A stretch of 64,000 bases of DNA from Eledone cirrhosa (Eukaryota), in the NCBI GenBank assembly GCA_964016885.1, contig OZ024760.1:12400001-12464000 (forward strand), given 5' to 3'. The notes under the pieces were generated by a model. It did no database searches and was not told the DNA's origin. It saw only the letters and a list, made by a program, of their open reading frames with translations. A program made the position numbers and the translations under genes. Below are positions 40,715 through 54,947 of the stretch, piece by piece (position 1 is the first letter of the stretch; each line of letters starts with the position of its first letter).

Positions 40715-43700
40715 TGTGGTCTACCTGGTCATTTCAGTCCAGTGTGTGGTCTACCTGGTCATTTACAGTCCAGTGTGTGGTCTACCTGGTCATTTACAGT
40801 CCAGTGTGTGGTCTACCTGGACATTTACAGTCCAGTGTGTGGTCTACTTGGTCATTTACAGTCCAGTGTGTGGTCTACCTGGTCATTTACAGTTCAGTGT
40901 GTGGTCTACCTGGACATTTACAGTCCAGTGTGTGGTCTACCTGGTCATTTACAGTTCAGTGTGTGGTCTACCTGGTCATTTACAGTTCAGTGTGTGGTCT
41001 ACCTGGACATTTACAGCCCAGTGTGTGGTCTACCTGGTCATTTACAGTTCAGTGTGTGGTCTACCTGGTCATTTACAGTCCAGTGTGTGGTCTACCTGGA
41101 CATTTACAGTTCAGTGTGTGGTCTACCTGGTCATTTACAGTCCAGTGTGTGGTCTACCTGGACATTTACAGTTCAGTGTGTGGTCTACCTGGACATTTAC
41201 AGTCCAGTGTGTGGTCTACCTGGTCATTTACAGTCCAGTGTGTGGTCTACCTGGACATTTACAGTTCAGTGTGTGGTCTACCTGGTCATTTACAGTCCAG
41301 TGTGTGGTCTACCTGGACATTTACAGTTCAGTGTGTGGTCTACCTGGTCATTTACAGTCCAGTGTGTGGTCTACCTGGACATTTACAGTTCAGTGTGTGG
41401 TCTACCTGGACATTTACAGTCCAGTGTGTGGTCTACCTGGTCATTTACAGCCCAGTGTGGTCTACCTGGACATTTACAGTCCAGTGTGTGGTCTACCTGG
41501 TCATTTACAGTCCAGTGTGTGGTCTACCTGGACATTTACAGTTCAGTGTGTGGTCTACCTGGTCATTTACAGTCCAGTGTGTGGTCTACCTGGACATTTA
41601 CAGTTCAGTGTGTGGTCTACCTGGTCATTTACAGTCCAGTGTGTGGTCTACCTGGACATTTACAGTCCAGTGTGTGGTCTACCTGGTCATTTACAGTCCA
41701 GTGTGTGGTCTACCTGGTCATTTACAGTCTAGTGTGGTCTACCTGGTCATTTACAGTCCAGTGTGTGGTCTACCTGATTATTTACAGTTCAGTGTGTGGT
41801 CTACCTGGACATTTACAGTCCAGTGTGTGGTCTACCTGGTCATTTACAGTTCAGTGTGTGGTCTACCTGGACATTTACAGTCTAGTGTGGTCTACCTGGT
41901 CATTTACAGTCCAGTGTGTGGTTTACCTGATTATTTACAGTCCAGTGTGTGGTCTACCTGGTCATTTACAGTCCAGTGTGTGGTTTACCTGATTATTTAC
42001 AGTCCAGTGTGTGGTCTACCTGGACATTTACAGTCCAGTGTGTGGTCTACCTGGTCATTTACAGTTCAGTGTGTGGTCTACCTGGACATTTACAGTCTAG
42101 TGTGGTCTACCTGGTCATTTACAGTCCAGTGTGTGGTTTACCTGATTATTTACAGTCCAGTGTGTGGTCTACCTGGTCATTTACAGTCCAGTGTGTGGTC
42201 TTCCTGGTCATTTACAGTCCAGTGTGTGGTTTACCTGATTATTTACAGTCCAGTGTGTGGTCTACCTGGTCATTTACAGTTCAGTGTGTGGTCTACCTGG
42301 ACATTTACAGTCTAGTGTGGTCTACCTGGTCATTTACAGTCCAGTGTGTGGTTTACCTGATTATTTACAGTCCAGTGTGTGGTCTACCTGGTCATTTACA
42401 GTCCAGTGTGTGGTCTTCCTGGTCATTTACAGTCCAGTGTGTGGTTTACCTGATTATTTACAGTCCAGTGTGTGGTCTACCTGGTCATTTACAGTCCAGT
42501 GTGTGGTCTTCCTGGTCATTTACAGTCCAGTGTGTGGTTTACCTGATTATTTACAGTCCAGTGTGTGGTCTACCTGGTCATTTACAGTTCAGTGTGTGGT
42601 CTACCTGGACATTTACAGTCTAGTGTGGTCTACCTGGTCATTTACAGTCCAGTGTGTGGTTTACCTGATTATTTACAGTCCAGTGTGTGGTCTACCTGGA
42701 CATTTACAGTCCAGTGTGTGGTCTTCCTGGTCATTTACAGTCCAGTGTGTGGTTTACCTGATTATTTACAGTCCAGTGTGTGGTCTACCTGGAGATTTAC
42801 AGTCCAGTGTGTGGTCTACCTGGTCATTTACAGTCCAGTGTGTGGTTTACCTGATTATTTACAGTCCAGTGTGTGGTCTACCTGGACATTTACAGTCCAG
42901 TGTGTGGTCTACCTGGACATTTATAGTCCAGTGTGTGGTCTACCTGGTCATTTACAGTCCAGTGTGTGGTCTACCTGGACATTTACAGTTCAGTGTGTGG
43001 TCTACCTGGACATTTACAGTCCAGTGTGTGGTCTACCTGGACATTTACAGTCCAGTGTGTGGTCTACCTGGACATTTACAGTCCAGTGTGTGGTCTACCT
43101 GGACATTTACAGCCCAGTGTGGTCTACCTGGACATTTACAGTCCAGTGTGTGGTCTACCTGGTCATTTACAGTCCAGTGTGTGGTCTACCTGGACATTTA
43201 CAGTCCAGTGTGTGGTCTACCTGGACATTTACAGTCCAGTGTGTGGTCTACCTGGACATTTACAGCCCAGTGTGGTCTACCTGGACATTTACAGTCCAGT
43301 GTGTGGTCTACCTGATTATTTACAGTCCAGTGTGTGGTCTACCTGGTCATTTACAGTTCAGTGTGTGGTCTACCTGGACATTTACAGCCCAGTGTGGTCT
43401 ACCTGGACATTTACAGTCCAGTGTGTGGTCTACCTGGTCATTTACAGCCCAGTGTGTGGTCTACCTGATTATTTACAGTCCAGTGTGTGGTCTACCTGGT
43501 CATTTACAGTCCAGTGTGTGGTCTACCTGATTATTTACAGTCCAGTGTGTGGTCTACCTGGTCATTTACAGTCCAGTGTGTGGTCTACCTGATTATTTAC
43601 AGTCCAGTGTGTGGTCTACCTGGACATTTACAGTCCAGTGTGTGGTCTACCTGGTCATTTACAGTCCAGTGTGTGGTCTACCTGATTATTTACAGTACAG

Positions 43701-44211
43701 TGTGTGGTCTACCTGGTCATTTACAGTCCAGTGTGTGGTCTACCTGGTCATTTACAGTCCAGTGTGTGGTCTACCTGATTATTTACAGTCCAGTGTGTGG
43801 TCTCCCTGGTCATTTACAGTCCAGTGTGTGGTCTACCTGATTATTTACAGTCCAGTGTGTGGTCTACCTGATTATTTACAGTCCAGTGTGTGGTCTACCT
43901 GGTCATTTACAGTCCAGTGTGTGGTCTACCTGATTATTTACAGTCCAGTGTGTGGTCTACCTGGACATTTACAGTCCAGTGTGTGGTCTACCTGGTCATT
44001 TACAGTCCAGTGTGTGGTCTTCCTGGTCATTTACAGTTCAGTGTGTGGGCTACCTGGTCATTTACAGTCCAGTGTGTGGTCTTCCTGGTCATTTACAGTC
44101 CAGTGTGTGGTCTACCTGGTCATTTACAGTCCAGTGTGTGGTCTACCTGGTCATTTACAGTCCAGTGTGTGGTCTACCTGGTCATTTACAGTCCAGTGTG
44201 TGGTCTACCTG
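40715..44211. repeat. 31-bp minisatellite AGTGTGTGGTCTACCTGGTCATTTACAGTCC (~110 copies)
   Basis: Direct inspection; variants GGTCA/GGACA/GATTA and occasional 29-bp units. Explains the long VWSTWSFTVQ ORFs. Confidence 0.97.
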
Positions 44212-44516
44212 CTCTACTTTAACAACAAAAACTTTACACCACAAGATGATAAAAAAATAATGTCTAATAGTGATTAATTATATAACACTGATATAAACTT
44301 AATTATCAAAATCCTAATCAAGAACTGTTAACTAGAACATTTAGACTTTTGATAACAAATCACCTAAAACCATCCCCAGTTCTACAGTACAAAACTGTTT
44401 TAACCCTTACCATTTACATCACTCTACATTTACTATTGTATTTTAACAGTAAAGGCTTTACCTCACATAAGATCATATCTAACAACAGGTATTGTGTCTT
44501 ATATATCAAGAAATCT

Positions 44517-44745
44517 TTAACCCTTTAGCATTTAAACTGGCCATATCCGGCCAGAATTCTCTCACTTCTTTCTGTTCAAACTGGCTGTAACTGGCCGCTC
44601 ATATTGATGTTAAGGTATTGATCTCAAAATAAATAACATCAAAATCTCATAGATTCAATATTATGTGAGATAATTATGAGAGATAAAACCTTTACCTCAA
44701 AAATACAATGGCAAATATAGAGTAATGTAAATGCTAAAGGGTTAA
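44517..44745 (+). mobile_element. piggyBac-type MITE, complete
   Basis: TTAA-CCCTTTAGCATTTA ... TAAATGCTAAAGGG-TTAA; partial copies at 44400-44470 and 47510-47680. Confidence 0.85.
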
Positions 44746-45725
44746 ATGACACACCAGGGATCAGAGGGTCATAAGATCATGTCTAACAACAGGTATTGAG
44801 TCCTACATCTCAGGGATAGCTTAAGCGACACGCCAAGGACCAGAGGGTCATAAGATCATAACTAACAATAGGTATTGTGTCCTACATCTCACAACACAGC
44901 CATAGCTGAAGTGCTACACCAAGGACCAGAGAGTCATATCTAACAACAGATATTGTGTCCTACATCTCAGAAATAGTTTAACCATTGACAAGCTTCTCTT
45001 TGCTCCAGTTTGCTTGAATGCCATAAGACAAAAAATACACATGAATCTTAATCTAAATTTCAGTAATACTATCTCTATTTTACACTCCAGTGGTTACCAG
45101 GTAACAATGACAACAAAAACCATGACAGGTAAAACATAGGTAAAAAAAGAAAGAAATTTAATTAAAAAAAAAACCCTATAAAAAAATTAAGAAAAACAAC
45201 TCTAAAGAAGGCTAAATGTAATAGAAGACTATAAATATATTTGTGTGAAAGTCTGTAAAATATGAAATAATAGTTGTTAGACTGTTGGAGGGAATATTTG
45301 AGGTATTTTCTATTTCGTTCTGGCTCACTGCAGGTTTTTTAAAGCTGAAATTCCACGAAGGTCAGCAAATAATGTATCAGAACAAGGGTTGATTCTCTCT
45401 TTCTCTCTCACATACATATGCATACATACACACACACACTCATACATAGCCACACATATACACACATACACACACACACACACACACAGCCTTAATTAAT
45501 GAAAAATATATAATTTTTCTATTTAATCAACTGGAATTCCTGGTTAGCAGGATCAGCACTGACCTGGGGCTAAACAATGACAACATCAACAACAACAGTT
45601 AAGAGTAACATGACAATCCCAAGTGATCACAACAGACTGCTACGAGTTTTTAACCTCTCCAAGGTAAGTTAAAGCTATCTTTAACACCTTTGATCAGGTA
45701 AACAAACAGCCCAGCATGACATCTC

Positions 45726-45772
<47 letters not shown>

Positions 45773-45889
45773 AGGCCACACTGACTCATAGAATATCTAA
45801 CAAACAAGACCCTGTGGGAGTGCTTCCTAAAACAGTATGTGTTGCAAGATACAAACAGGTGTGTCGCAAGATGTAATGAACCACACCAC

Positions 45890-46035
45890 ACCACAAGATG
45901 TTAAGAGCTACACCACAAGATGTTAAGAGCTACACTGCAAGATGTTAAGAGCTACACTGCAAGATGTTATGAGCTACACCACAAGATGTAAACAGGTGTA
46001 CCACAAGATTTTATGAGCTACACCACAAGATGTAA
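45890..46035. repeat. 22-bp minisatellite CAAGATGTTAAGAGCTACACCA
   Basis: About 6 units. Confidence 0.85.
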
Positions 46036-46379
46036 TGAGGTGCAACATGAAAGAACAAGTTCCTATTTCAAGATGTTAAAAATACAGATTGAAAATTCAT
46101 AACAAAGTTCCTATATATAAACTGTCCTAGACCTGGAGAGGAAATGAGCTCCACCAGGTTTAAAACTGCCCTAGAAATGTCATATGTCAATATAGTGCCC
46201 TAACAACTTCACCAGGAGTTACAGGTCCTTACTGTCTTATATAAACTGTAGGAAACTAAACCAGGAATGACAATATTGCTAAAGATCACCAAACACATGT
46301 TTTTTGTTGATAACTTTGCTCCATTTATTGACTAAAGAAGGAAGTACAAATATTTGTTTCTGTGTCTTTAATTATCTAA

Positions 46380-46600
46380 CGTGATAGGAAGACCAACACC
46401 TGGATATGACAGCAGACAGGAGGAGTTAGGGGCATAATTGAGGCCATCATGAAGGACAAACATAGATGGGCTGGCCATTGGCCATGTCTCTTGTCTCAGA
46501 AACAACAGGGGGACCTATTAGAATGACAGAGTGGACACCATGGCAGTGGAGAAGGATAAGAGGGTAGCTAAAGTCCAGATTGTGTGACTGGAGTGAAGAC
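46380..46600 (+). mobile_element. degenerate RTE-type LINE 3' fragment (second subfamily)
   Basis: DRKTNTWI...GVRGIIEAIMKDKHRWAGH...RMTEWTPWQWRR across frameshifts. Confidence 0.6.
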
Positions 46601-46609
46601 ATAATCACT

Positions 46610-47000
46610 TAGTTATGATCCTTTACATTCTGAGTTCAAATCCCTCTGAGGTACAACTTTGCCTTCCACCCTTAAGAGGTTGATAAAATGAAGTACCAGT
46701 AACATACTGGGGTCGGTTTAACTGAATTTCCCTCTCCCTCCCCTAAAATTGTTGGCCTTGTGCCTAAATCAGAAACCATTAGTATTTTTTTATGGCATAT
46801 AGTTACATCCCTCTATATTTGTTTTGATGCTTTACATTGCGAGTTCAAATCCTGCTGAGGTTGGCTTTGCTTTTCATCTTTACGGGGGGGGGGGGGGGGG
46901 GGGTCGATAAAATAAAGTACCAGTAACACACTGGGGTCGATTTAACCGACTTTCCCCTACCCCCAAATTGTTGGCCTTGTGCCTGACTCAGAAACCAATA
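46610..47000 (+). mobile_element. two tandem Nin/Deu-like SINEs
   Basis: Two GAGTTCAAATCC B boxes, central domains and GGCCTTGTGCCT tails. Confidence 0.75.
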
Positions 47001-47294
47001 TTTGTTCTAAAGAGCACTGAGTAAAAAAAAACAAAAAAACCCAAAAGTTTAGGAACCTCTATTTTACAGGTAAGCTATCTTTAAAACCTTTGACGAGATA
47101 TTGATCAGGTAAACAGACACCGCAGCATGCTTTTAATATATACTATAGTCTCAGATCACACTGAGTCATATTATACAGGGTGAGGAAAAAGAAATGGTTT
47201 GATTAGACAATAGAGTAGAGTGATTTAAAGTAAGTTTAGCAGATCAACTTATCTAGTTGGCTTAACACTTTAGCATTGACATTACCACAAAACA

Positions 47295-47510
47295 TCCTGC
47301 CCACTCTGTAAAGTGCTCGTGTAGGTGTCACGACAAAAAGCGCCCAGCCCACACTGTAAAGTGGTTGGTGCTAGGAAGGGCATCCAGCCGTAGAAAACCA
47401 GCCAGAAACCGTTCTATATGACCCAACTTGCCTCTAATTGGGATAAACCCATCTAACTCATGCTAGCGTGGAAGACAGGTGTTAAACGACGATGATGATG
47501 ATGATGATGA
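47295..47510 (+). mobile_element. SINE 3' part (GGAAGGGCATCCAG family)
   Basis: Ends in (GAT)n; another copy at 49645-49790. Confidence 0.75.
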
Positions 47511-48524
47511 TTACTCTATATATACTTTTGTATTTTCCCAGTAAAGGCTTTAACTCACATAATATCGAATCTATGAGATTTTGATATTTATTTTGAGAAC
47601 AATACCTTAACATCAGTATGAGTGGCTGGTCATGGCCAGTTTGAACTGAAAAAGGTGAGAGAACTCTGGCCAGATATATTCTGTTGTATTCCACTAGATG
47701 GCTCTGCCTGTCAGCCTTCTATTATAGGTTTAGATATACACAACTCCCATGCTACTCTCTATATTTAGTTAAGTTAGAATCTAGTGTAACGGTCAAAACT
47801 GGAGTTTCTTGGGTTTTTTTAAAATAATTTTTATAGTTTCTATCAATATCAGTGGCATCATCATTAGTCACCAGTATAGTCATCACCACCATCATAGTCA
47901 TCACCACCAGTATAGTCATCATCACCATCATCAGTCATCATCACCATCAGTCATCATCACCAGTATAGTCATCAACACCATCATAGTCATCATCACCATC
48001 ATAGTCATCATCACCATCATAGTCATCATCACCATAGTCATCATCACCACTATTACCACAAACACCACCACCACACCACTACCACCCCCCCCCCCCCCCC
48101 CCCACCCCCCCCCCCACACTACCACAACATCACCACCACACTACCACACCACCATCAGTCATCATCACCATCATAGTCATCATTACCACTATAGTCATCA
48201 CCATCACCACTATTACCACAAACACCACCACCACCACCTCCACCACACCACCACCACACCACCTCCACCACACCACCTCCACTACACCACCACCACCTCC
48301 ACCACCACACCACCTCCACCACACCACCACCACCACACCACCACCACCTCCACCATCACCACCACCACACCACCACCACCACCACTACCACCTCCACCAC
48401 CAGTCATTATCAAACAATAATTTCTGTATTCCAGTGGATTCCAATCTTAAAACTGCACCGGATTTCATCCACTTAAGATATCCGCTTGTAATACAAGTGT
48501 GTGTGTGTATATATGTTAGTGTGA

Positions 48525-48571
<47 letters not shown>

Positions 48572-48701
48572 TGTATGCGTGAGTGTATGCGTGTGTGTAT
48601 GTGTGTATGTCTGTCTATATATATATGTGTGTGTGAGTGCATGTGTAAAAGTTTTCAATAATATATATCCGTTTGTAAGTGTATGTGAGTATGTGTGTGT
48701 G

Positions 48702-48741
<40 letters not shown>

Positions 48742-48751
48742 TGTGAGTGTG

Positions 48752-48794
<43 letters not shown>

Positions 48795-48987
48795 CAATGC
48801 CAATATAAAAAAAAAATATAGACTTTTCAGTCAAATCAAAGATGTACCAATTTCCCTTTTTTTGGTGCTATGATAAAATGCACCCAGTACACTCTGTAAA
48901 GTGGTAGTGTTGGTGTCATGATATATTATTACAGTGTACTGCGTGTAGTCTAAGAAATAATTTGTATCTACATGTGTTTATATATAT

Positions 48988-49345
48988 AAATATTGTTATA
49001 CTTGGGGAGGGTCATATTGTTGTAATAATATTGCCAGAAATAATAACAGGACACACTCATTATTTGGTTGGTTTTCGCTTCTGTATCTTTTATATCAGTC
49101 AATTTAATTTATTCAGTCCTCAATGTTACCATTGACTGACAAACTTTGTTAGACTATATATATGTGTTTGTGTCTATATTATATCTGTATTTTTGACCGT
49201 TGGAGGACAGAATAAATTAAATTGACTGATATAAAAGATACAGAAGCGAAAACCAACCAAATAATGAGTGTGTTCTGTTATTAATTCTGGCAATATTATT
49301 ACAACAATATGACCCTCCCCAAGTATAACAATATTTGTTTCGACA
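48988..49345. repeat. ~140-bp inverted repeat with ~70-bp spacer
   Basis: 48988-49130 is the reverse complement of 49203-49336. Confidence 0.85.
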
Positions 49346-49372
49346 CATGATTTCATATCAAAAACCTCACAA

Positions 49373-49452
<80 letters not shown>

Positions 49453-49513
49453 ATTAAAGAGTTAAACAAGATTCAATGAGTACATCAAAGATGGTATGTC
49501 ATGTATCATTTTA

Positions 49514-49577
49514 TTTTATCTGATGAGGACATACTGTTGAACCTGATTCACGTACCTCTGAAATATGTATAATAAAA
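49514..49577 (+). ncRNA. type I hammerhead motif (family D)
   Basis: TTTTAT CTGATGA [GG..TAC..TGAA...TTCA.GTACC] GAA ATA TG TAT A ATAAAA; intact core, 6-bp stem I, between (TA)n tracts. Confidence 0.65.
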
Positions 49578-49798
49578 TTTAATTGACCACAAGAATATCT
49601 ATTTTGTTCATATTTGAATTAATATATATATATATATATATATATATTGGTGTTAGGAAGGGCATCCAGCTGTAGAAAACCCACCAGACAGTCCTATTCG
49701 AGCAAGACAATCACTCTTGCCTCAAGTGGGAAAATTCCCGTCCAAACCCATGCAAGCGTGGAACATGGACGTTAAACGATGATGATGATATATATATA

Positions 49799-49853
<55 letters not shown>

Positions 49854-49857
49854 ATGT

Positions 49858-50471
<614 letters not shown>

Positions 50472-50575
50472 TGCCAAGACCAGGGAGTACTCTATGCTTG
50501 GGAAGAAGCAGAGGAGGTATAAAGGAAGGTAGAAGTGGAAACCATTGGGTGGTCGCAGGTGAGGTTTCCTTCCTC

Positions 50576-50619
<44 letters not shown>

Positions 50620-50630
50620 GTATGTATGTG

Positions 50631-50665
<35 letters not shown>

Positions 50666-50766
50666 GTATGTACACACACACACACATATATATATGTATG
50701 TACACACACGCACACATATATATGTATGTACACACACGCACACATATATATGTATGTACACACACA

Positions 50767-50806
<40 letters not shown>

Positions 50807-51041
50807 TGTACACACACACACACATATGTATGTACACACACACACATATGAATGTACACACACACACACACATATGTATGTACACACACACACATATATA
50901 TATGTATGTACACACACACACATATATATGTATGTACACACACATATATATATGTATGTACACACACACACATATATGTATGTACACACACAGACACACA
51001 CATATATGTATGTACACACACACACACATATACACATATTT

Positions 51042-51135
51042 TATGCCCTAAAGACAGACACTGGTCCCTGGGAGATGAAGGACAGAGATGGCTGGAGAGA
51101 ACTCATCCAAGGATGTCGGCAATTTTATCCACCCT

Positions 51136-51140
<5 letters not shown>
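51042..51140 (+). mobile_element. extreme 3' end of the RTE family at 37395-38340
   Basis: ALKTDTG..EMKDRDGWRELIQGCRQFYPP* matches the C-terminus of the larger copy. Confidence 0.8.
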
Positions 51141-51174
<34 letters not shown>

Positions 51175-51349
51175 CATACATATAGTGCATATATACATGT
51201 ATTTATTTATTATATAGAGTGTACATATATCTATATAGGCCATTCCTGATGATGATGATGATGATGACTTTGAATCCACAGTTGCTATAAGTCTGTCTAG
51301 TACATGTTAGTGAGAATATTGGTAACAAATGGCAGTTGGTGAGTTAAAG

Positions 51350-52498
51350 AGTGGAGGGTGGTGTGGTGGGGTGGGAGGGTGGTGTAGTGGGGTGGGAGGG
51401 TGGTGTGGTGGGAGGGTGGTGTGGTGGTGTGTTGTGGTGTGGTGGTGGTGGTATTGGTAGGTGGTGTGGTGTGTTGTGTTGTAGTGTGGTGGTGGTGGTG
51501 GTAGGTGGTGTGTTGTGGTGTGGTGGTGGTGGTGGTATTGGTAGGTGGTGTGGTGTGGTGTGTTGTGTTGTGTTGTAGTGTGGTGGTGGTGGTAGGTGGT
51601 GTGTTGTGGTGTGGTGGTGGTGGTGGTATTGGTAGGTGGTATTGGTAGGTGGTGTGGTGTGTTGTGTTGTAGTGTGGTGGTGGTGGTGGTAGGTGGTGTG
51701 TTGTGGTGTGGTGGTGGTATTGGTAGGTGGTGTGGTGTGTTGTGTTGTGTTGTAGTGTGGTGGTGGTGGTAGGTGGTGTGTTGTGGTGTGGTGGTGGTGG
51801 TATTGGTAGGTGGTGTGGTGTGGTGTGTTGTGTTGTAGTGTGGTGGTGGTGGTAGGTGGTGTGTTGTGGTGTGGTGGTGGTGGTGGTATTGGTAGGTGGT
51901 GTGGTGTGGTGTGTTGTGTTGTAGTGTGGTGGTGGTGGTAGGTGGTGTGTTGTGGTGTGGTGGTGGTGGTATTGGTAGGTGGTGTGGTGTGGTGTGTTGT
52001 GTTGTAGCGTGGTGGTGGTAGTAGGTGGTGTGTTGTAGTGTGGTGGTGGTAGGTGGTGTGTTGTGGTGTGGTGGTGGTGGTGGTATTGGTAGGTGGTGTG
52101 GTGTGGTGTGTTGTGTTGTAGTGTGGTGGTGGTGGTAGGTGGTGTGTTGTGGTGTGGTGGTGGTATTGGTAGGTGGTGTGGTGTGGTGTGTTGTGTTGTA
52201 GTGTGGTGGTGGTAGTAGGTGGTGTGTTGTAGTGTGGTGGTGGTGGTGGTAGGTGGTGTGTTGTGGTGTGGTGGTGGTGGTGGTGGTATTGGTAGGTGGT
52301 GTGGTGTGGTGTGTTGTAGTGTGGTGGTATTGGTAGGTGGTGTGTTGTAGTGTGGTGGTGGTATTGGTAGGTGGTGTGGTGGTAGGTGGTGTGTTGTGGT
52401 GGTGGTATTGGTAGGTGGTGTGGTGGGAGGGTGGTGTGTTGTAGTGTGGTGGTGGTATTGGTAGGTGGTGTGGTGTGGTGGTGGTGGTGGTGGTATTG
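51350..52498. repeat. GT-rich compound minisatellite (GGTATTGGTAGGTGGTGTG...)
   Basis: Direct inspection. Confidence 0.9.
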
Positions 52499-52952
52499 CT
52501 GAGGTTTAGTTCCAACCTGTATTAGGGTTTTTTTTGGGGGGAAACTGCTATAGCAACAATAAAAGGGGAAGGGGTGGCAATATTGTCAACAGATACTGCT
52601 GCATTTCACTCCCTTATATATACGCACACACACACACACACACACACATATATCATACACACACACACACACATATATCATACACACACACACACATATA
52701 TATCATACACACACACACACACATATATATCATACACACACACACACACACACACATATATCATACACACACACACATATATCATACACACACACATATA
52801 TCATACGCACACACACATATATATATCATACGCACACACACACATATATCATACGCACACACATATATATATCATACACACACATCCACACATATACACA
52901 CACACACATATATATACACACACACACACATCCACACATATACACACACACA

Positions 52953-52984
<32 letters not shown>

Positions 52985-53000
52985 TATATACACACACATC

Positions 53001-53147
53001 TTATTAAGGCTGAAACAGTGAGTCTTGTTACTCTGGAGTTTCACCAAACTCCAGAGTAACGAGACTCACTGTTTCAGCCTTAATAACAATGCATATTAAA
53101 ACCCTTCTTTGGTATTGAGTACTCCTTTCTCTCAGCTGCCAACCACA
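53001..53147 (+). mobile_element. family C fold-back element
   Basis: ~85-bp palindrome containing AAACTC-CA-GAGT-A-ACGAGACTCAC, then tail GGTATTGAGTACTCCTTTCTCTCAGC. Confidence 0.75.
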
Positions 53148-53506
53148 TACAGATATATATATATATTTTTTCTTTTTAGGGTCCTGAAACCTTTGGTAAT
53201 GAAGTAATTATATATTGTGTTGTTCACTTTCAATTAAATAGCTCTGTTTTATACATAGAGCACTCTTTTTTCCTTTGCCTTTTCTTTGGAAATACTTAAC
53301 ACACACACACACACACATATACATATACATATACATATATATATATCTCTTCTCATTCCTTCTCTCTATCTTCACACATTTCATTTCTCTCTCATCATCT
53401 CACTCCCTCCCTCTCCACCTCTCTCTGCTCCCTTTCTTTAATCTTTCCCTTAATCCTATCGATTACATTCTTTGCTATATATTGTACAATGAAACACAAC
53501 TACACA

Positions 53507-53546
<40 letters not shown>

Positions 53547-53792
53547 TCATACATACTCACTGACACATCACATACCCCCCTACCACACAGGCATCATATG
53601 AAACACACACACCCTACCATACATACATCCTACCACACACAGACATAGTAACAAGTAGTTCTTAATTTGTTGAGAATGTCTAAGGGTCATATCTTTAAAT
53701 CTACCTCACCCCACCATACCCGGCCCCACTCAACCCTCTTTAACTACTAATTATCTCCAAGACAAACAGAAACAAAATATACTACAGTACTA

Positions 53793-54357
53793 TTAACCCT
53801 TTCATTACCATATTTCTAATGAAAGACACTGTCTGTCATTAACCCTTTCATTACCATATTTCTAATGAAAGACACTGTCGATGTCATTAACCCTTTCATT
53901 ACCATATTTCTAATGAAAGACACTGTCTATGTCATTAACCCTTTCATTACCATATTTCTAATGAAAGACACTGTCTGTCATTAACCCTTTCATTACCATA
54001 TTTCTAAAGAAAGACAGTGTCTATGTCATTAACCCTTTCATTACCATATTTCTAATGAAAGACACTGTCTATGTCATTAACCCTTTCATTACCATATTTC
54101 TAATGAAAGACACTGTCTATGTTATTAACCCTTTCATTACCATATTTCTAATGAAAGACACTGTCTATGTCATTAACCCTTTCATTACCATATTTCTAAT
54201 GAAAGACACTGTCTATGTCATTAACCCTTTCATTACCATATTTCCAATGAAAGACAGTCTGTCATTAACCCTTTCATTACCATATTTCTAATGAAAGACA
54301 CTGTCTATGTTATTAACCCTTTCATTATCATATTCTAACAAAAGACACTGTCTATGG
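53793..54357. repeat. 48-bp (some 44-bp) tandem repeat of a TTAA-CCC MITE terminus (~12 copies)
   Basis: Unit TTAACCCTTTCATTACCATATTTCTAATGAAAGACACTGTCTATGTCA; the last unit runs on into MITE-like body sequence. Confidence 0.85.
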
Positions 54358-54730
54358 GTTTAAAATATTTAGAGGGATTTAATAACATAAATAATGTTCT
54401 TATCATTTAAGCTGCTTATGGCTTTCAAATAATTTTGAAAAATAAATATTTAGAGAGATTTAATATTTTAAAACATAACAATTTCATTGCCGTATTTCTA
54501 ATGAAAGACGCTGTCTATGATTTTTCAAATAATTTTGAAAATAATCAAGAATTAAATGTTTAGAACATAAATCATAATGGAAGGTTTTATAAAAAAATGA
54601 ATGTAAATAAACACTTTAAAACGAGCAGATTTGTAATATAGATTTAAGAGTAGACTGAAGCTTATTTGGTAGAGAAATGGTTGGGTTTTTATGACAGAGG
54701 AACCGTATTTAAGATACGATGTAACGATAT

Positions 54731-54947
54731 TTAACCCCTTAGCAGTTACATTACTCTGTATTTACTATTGTAATATTCATGGTAAAGGCTTTACCTCACA
54801 TAATATCGAATGTATGATATTTTGATATCATTTATTTTGAGAACAATACCTTAACGTCAGTATGAGCGACCAGTTACAGCCGGTTTGAACGGGAAACGGT
54901 GAGAGAATTCCGTCCAGATATGGCCTGTTTAAACACTAAAGGGTTAA
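54731..54947 (-). mobile_element. piggyBac-type MITE, complete
   Basis: TTAA-CCCCTTAG...CTAAAGGG-TTAA; reverse complement of 44517-44745. Confidence 0.85.

Noticed and set aside
40612-44277. 567-aa and overlapping ORFs with VWSTWSFTVQ repeats
   Set aside because: Translation of a 31-bp unit that cycles through all three frames; no coding constraint.
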